Below, in pieces: positions 63,101 to 64,000 of a DNA stretch of 64,000 nucleotides (positions are counted from its first letter, which is position 1; each line of letters starts with the position of its first letter). This DNA is from an uncultured Bacteroidales bacterium. GTDB lineage: Bacteria; Bacteroidota; Bacteroidia; Bacteroidales; UBA7960. The position numbers and the translations under genes were made by a program. Location of the stretch: positions 3,729-67,728 of the forward strand of contig CAYGFY010000013.1 of the NCBI GenBank assembly GCA_964349365.1, read 5' to 3'. The notes under the pieces were generated by a model that did not search any database, was not told the origin of the DNA, and saw only the letters and a program-made list of their open reading frames with translations.

Positions 63101-63835
63101 GCCACCGTGGGACACAATACCGCCGTGGAACTTTACAACCTGGCACTGATAACCGGAAAGGTGGGCAAGGAAGGAGCTGGAATCATGGTGCTGCAACCAA
63201 AGAACAACTCGCAGGGATTGGCCGACAACGGGCAGTCGCCAAACCTTGCACCCGGTGGCACAGAATGCGCCCAAAGCATTGCTTTGCTGAAAGAAACGTG
63301 GAACGTTGATGGGCTACCAAGTGAAACCACCCTAAACCCCGTTAAACTGCTCGAAAATGGGTCTGCCAAAAACTGCTTCATATTTGCCGAAGACCCCGTG
63401 GGCACTTCCACCAACCCCGATGCCGTGGCCAAGTGGCTGCAAAAAGCCGACTTCAAGGTGGTGCAAGACCTGTTCGTAACCCCAACGGCACAACTGGCAG
63501 ATCTGATACTGCCCGCCTCGCTCCACTTCGAAACTGGCGGCAGCTTCACCAACACCCAAAGGTACATACAGCAGTTCGACCCACAAATACCCTCGAAAAT
63601 AGAGCTAAACTCACTGCAACAAATTACCACCCTGGCCAACAACCTCGGCGAAAACTGGCCCAACCCAACCCCAGCAACGGTACTGCAAGAGATAACCTCA
63701 ATCATGGGCAAACTCCCAAAACCCGATGGAAAGCACCAGATTATCTTTACCAAGGAAGAAGAAAAAGAGGGGGTTTTGTATAACTTTGGAGGTGATTATT
63801 TGCAATGGCAGGCCGCGAACGACTTGTGGAAGTAG
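60158..63835 (+). CDS. fusion oxidoreductase: 2Fe-2S ferredoxin domain + GltD-like NAD(P)H/FAD module + NuoG/FdhA-type Fe-S region + truncated molybdopterin-oxidoreductase (MopB) domain lacking the Fdh catalytic dyad
   Basis: The N-terminus is CNDPRLEPYSSCYVCVVE...PACST. The GltD-like module has CRETCPAG..NPLPAICGRVCVRPCEVAC, VAIIGAGPGGLSAAFFLA, VGVIGGGNTAMDCCRTA..IIYRR and ACGDG. Fe-S motifs are CILCSRCIRIC and CESCGMCIDTCP. The MopB cluster motif is ICNYCSVGC. KTNNVGSLANALSDKV sits where Fdh enzymes carry Sec/Cys-His. Confidence 0.85.
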   Translation: MDQPNIILNGEIVKGNTGETILALANRFSVEIPTLCNDPRLEPYSSCYVCVVEIEGMRNLQPACSTTLAEGMRISTNNQRVRNSRKMALELMASNHYADCLAPCRETCPAGVDVQGYISMISKGKHREAVEIIKETNPLPAICGRVCVRPCEVACRRNLVENTGVGIDYLKRFSADIDLESPDRFVPTKKPATGKKVAIIGAGPGGLSAAFFLAREGHEVEVFEASKHAGGMLRYGIPPYRLPNVIIDKEVEGITALGVKIHFEKKLGENLSYKDLQENFDAVILAIGSQSGTRIGCENDDAGNIFSGIDFLRNMEVSGQKYDFSGKKVGVIGGGNTAMDCCRTAIRCGAKEVMIIYRRTEKEMPANPIEIHESKLEGVKCLFLTAPARVNKNIDGNIKSLTCFRMELSEPDDSGRRRPVKIDGSDFDVPLDVVLAAIGQKTDVNFIDDINKHAPAELVINRWGDIEANPKTLQTSIEKVFACGDGVTGPETLIEAIAHGKLAAQSCNKYLRGEVITPPTYEFLSRKENFRRQARNDFEAWFEKQEREEMPTVNPTERGNFDEVELGYTIQAAMNETNRCMECGCSELYTCNLKKYCTEYGAHQKRYQGEFKEYKVKFDHPLVEIDNNKCILCSRCIRICSEVVGANALGLINRGFDTYVAPSLGESLLHTQCESCGMCIDTCPTGAITENVNHKPMPLKLNSFTTICNYCSVGCTVELHHKSGYFARATGANGLINKDASLCGMGKFGYRLLNNPQRVTKPLLKVKGSFEEISFEEALALITDKLKAVEPSQNVFFAGARLTNEEQYLIQKLARAVVKTNNVGSLANALSDKVNHIAAMTQTPFEQMGKVKNFFIFGGSLNLQNGVVGFYINNQRVVGKARVSLVTKAEHNAIGHKADKTTIIDSYYHFARAANHHVISQALHNARYLTDHCVGFDHYSKAIMAEDFDALVQKAGCSKEDVATFVESLNAEHQSVIVVPPATVGHNTAVELYNLALITGKVGKEGAGIMVLQPKNNSQGLADNGQSPNLAPGGTECAQSIALLKETWNVDGLPSETTLNPVKLLENGSAKNCFIFAEDPVGTSTNPDAVAKWLQKADFKVVQDLFVTPTAQLADLILPASLHFETGGSFTNTQRYIQQFDPQIPSKIELNSLQQITTLANNLGENWPNPTPATVLQEITSIMGKLPKPDGKHQIIFTKEEEKEGVLYNFGGDYLQWQAANDLWK

Positions 63836-64000
63836 CAGATTTTTGAGGATGGTTAGATTTTTTTCGGGTAATGCGTTAACGATTGGTGGTGAAATTTATT
63901 TTCTTTTATATTACTCCGGGGCATCAACCTGAAGGGGAAGTAGGCCGCGGTATTTACAAATCTGCCTTTTACTGGATTGGTGATTGAACGGTTGAAATCG

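Noticed and set aside
60158-63835. Calling the large fusion protein a formate dehydrogenase alpha subunit
   Set aside because: The segment after the conserved TNN motif reads VGSLANALSDKV, with no Sec/Cys-His dyad. The C-terminal MGD-binding cap domain is missing and there is no in-frame TGA. The MopB domain looks NuoG/SfrA-like and not catalytic.

Overview
This 64 kb window looks like a mostly housekeeping chromosomal segment from a Bacteroidota-type genome. The taxonomic call rests on three things I can see. Two huge secreted proteases end in type IX secretion (T9SS) C-terminal sorting domains. Many genes have a TAnnTTTG -7 promoter box and no Shine-Dalgarno sequence. A gene for ribosomal protein Thx is present.

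I can support about 49 protein genes.
- Central metabolism and salvage: a ppdK fragment, gdhA, fsa/tal, pncA-pncB, and purK/purE.
- Translation, repair and cell envelope: ribH-fmt, hup, rimO, ftsY, recF plus a DUF721 gene, uvrB, and a murD-like gene.
- An eight-gene menaquinone supercluster on the minus strand: a MenI-like thioesterase, menF, menD, an aldo/keto reductase, menB, menA, menC and menE.
- A Thx gene that the ORF track missed.
- One SRP RNA (ffs).

I found no tRNA or rRNA genes, no CRISPR array, and no transposase, integrase or phage genes.

The signals most worth a second look are these.
1. At the right edge there is a three-gene redox locus. It has a NuoE-like and a NuoF-like subunit followed by a single 1,225-aa fusion of 2Fe-2S, GltD-like and NuoG/MopB-like modules with no Fdh catalytic dyad. 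I read it as a candidate flavin-based electron-bifurcating NAD(P)H/ferredoxin complex with an architecture I cannot match to a characterised enzyme.
2. Intergenic repeats built from strand-skewed, almost three-letter 'words' are scattered through the window. They include a GxxExxY (PD-(D/E)XK) gene cassette bounded by a perfect 15-bp inverted repeat. A solo copy of one cassette end is also present. A roughly 110-190 bp composite element occurs in three copies, one of them inside the redox locus.
3. Two tandem T9SS proteases of different catalytic classes (S1 and C25) share a duplicated C-terminal module of about 427 aa.
4. A two-receiver plus PPDK-N fusion protein has no recognisable phosphohistidine or PEP domain.
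5. A perfect TGTGA-N6-TCACA site lies upstream of gdhA.
6. Two ORF-poor gaps of 0.6-0.7 kb remain unexplained.

All calls come from reading the sequence and the ORF translations by eye. No database search or folding was run.
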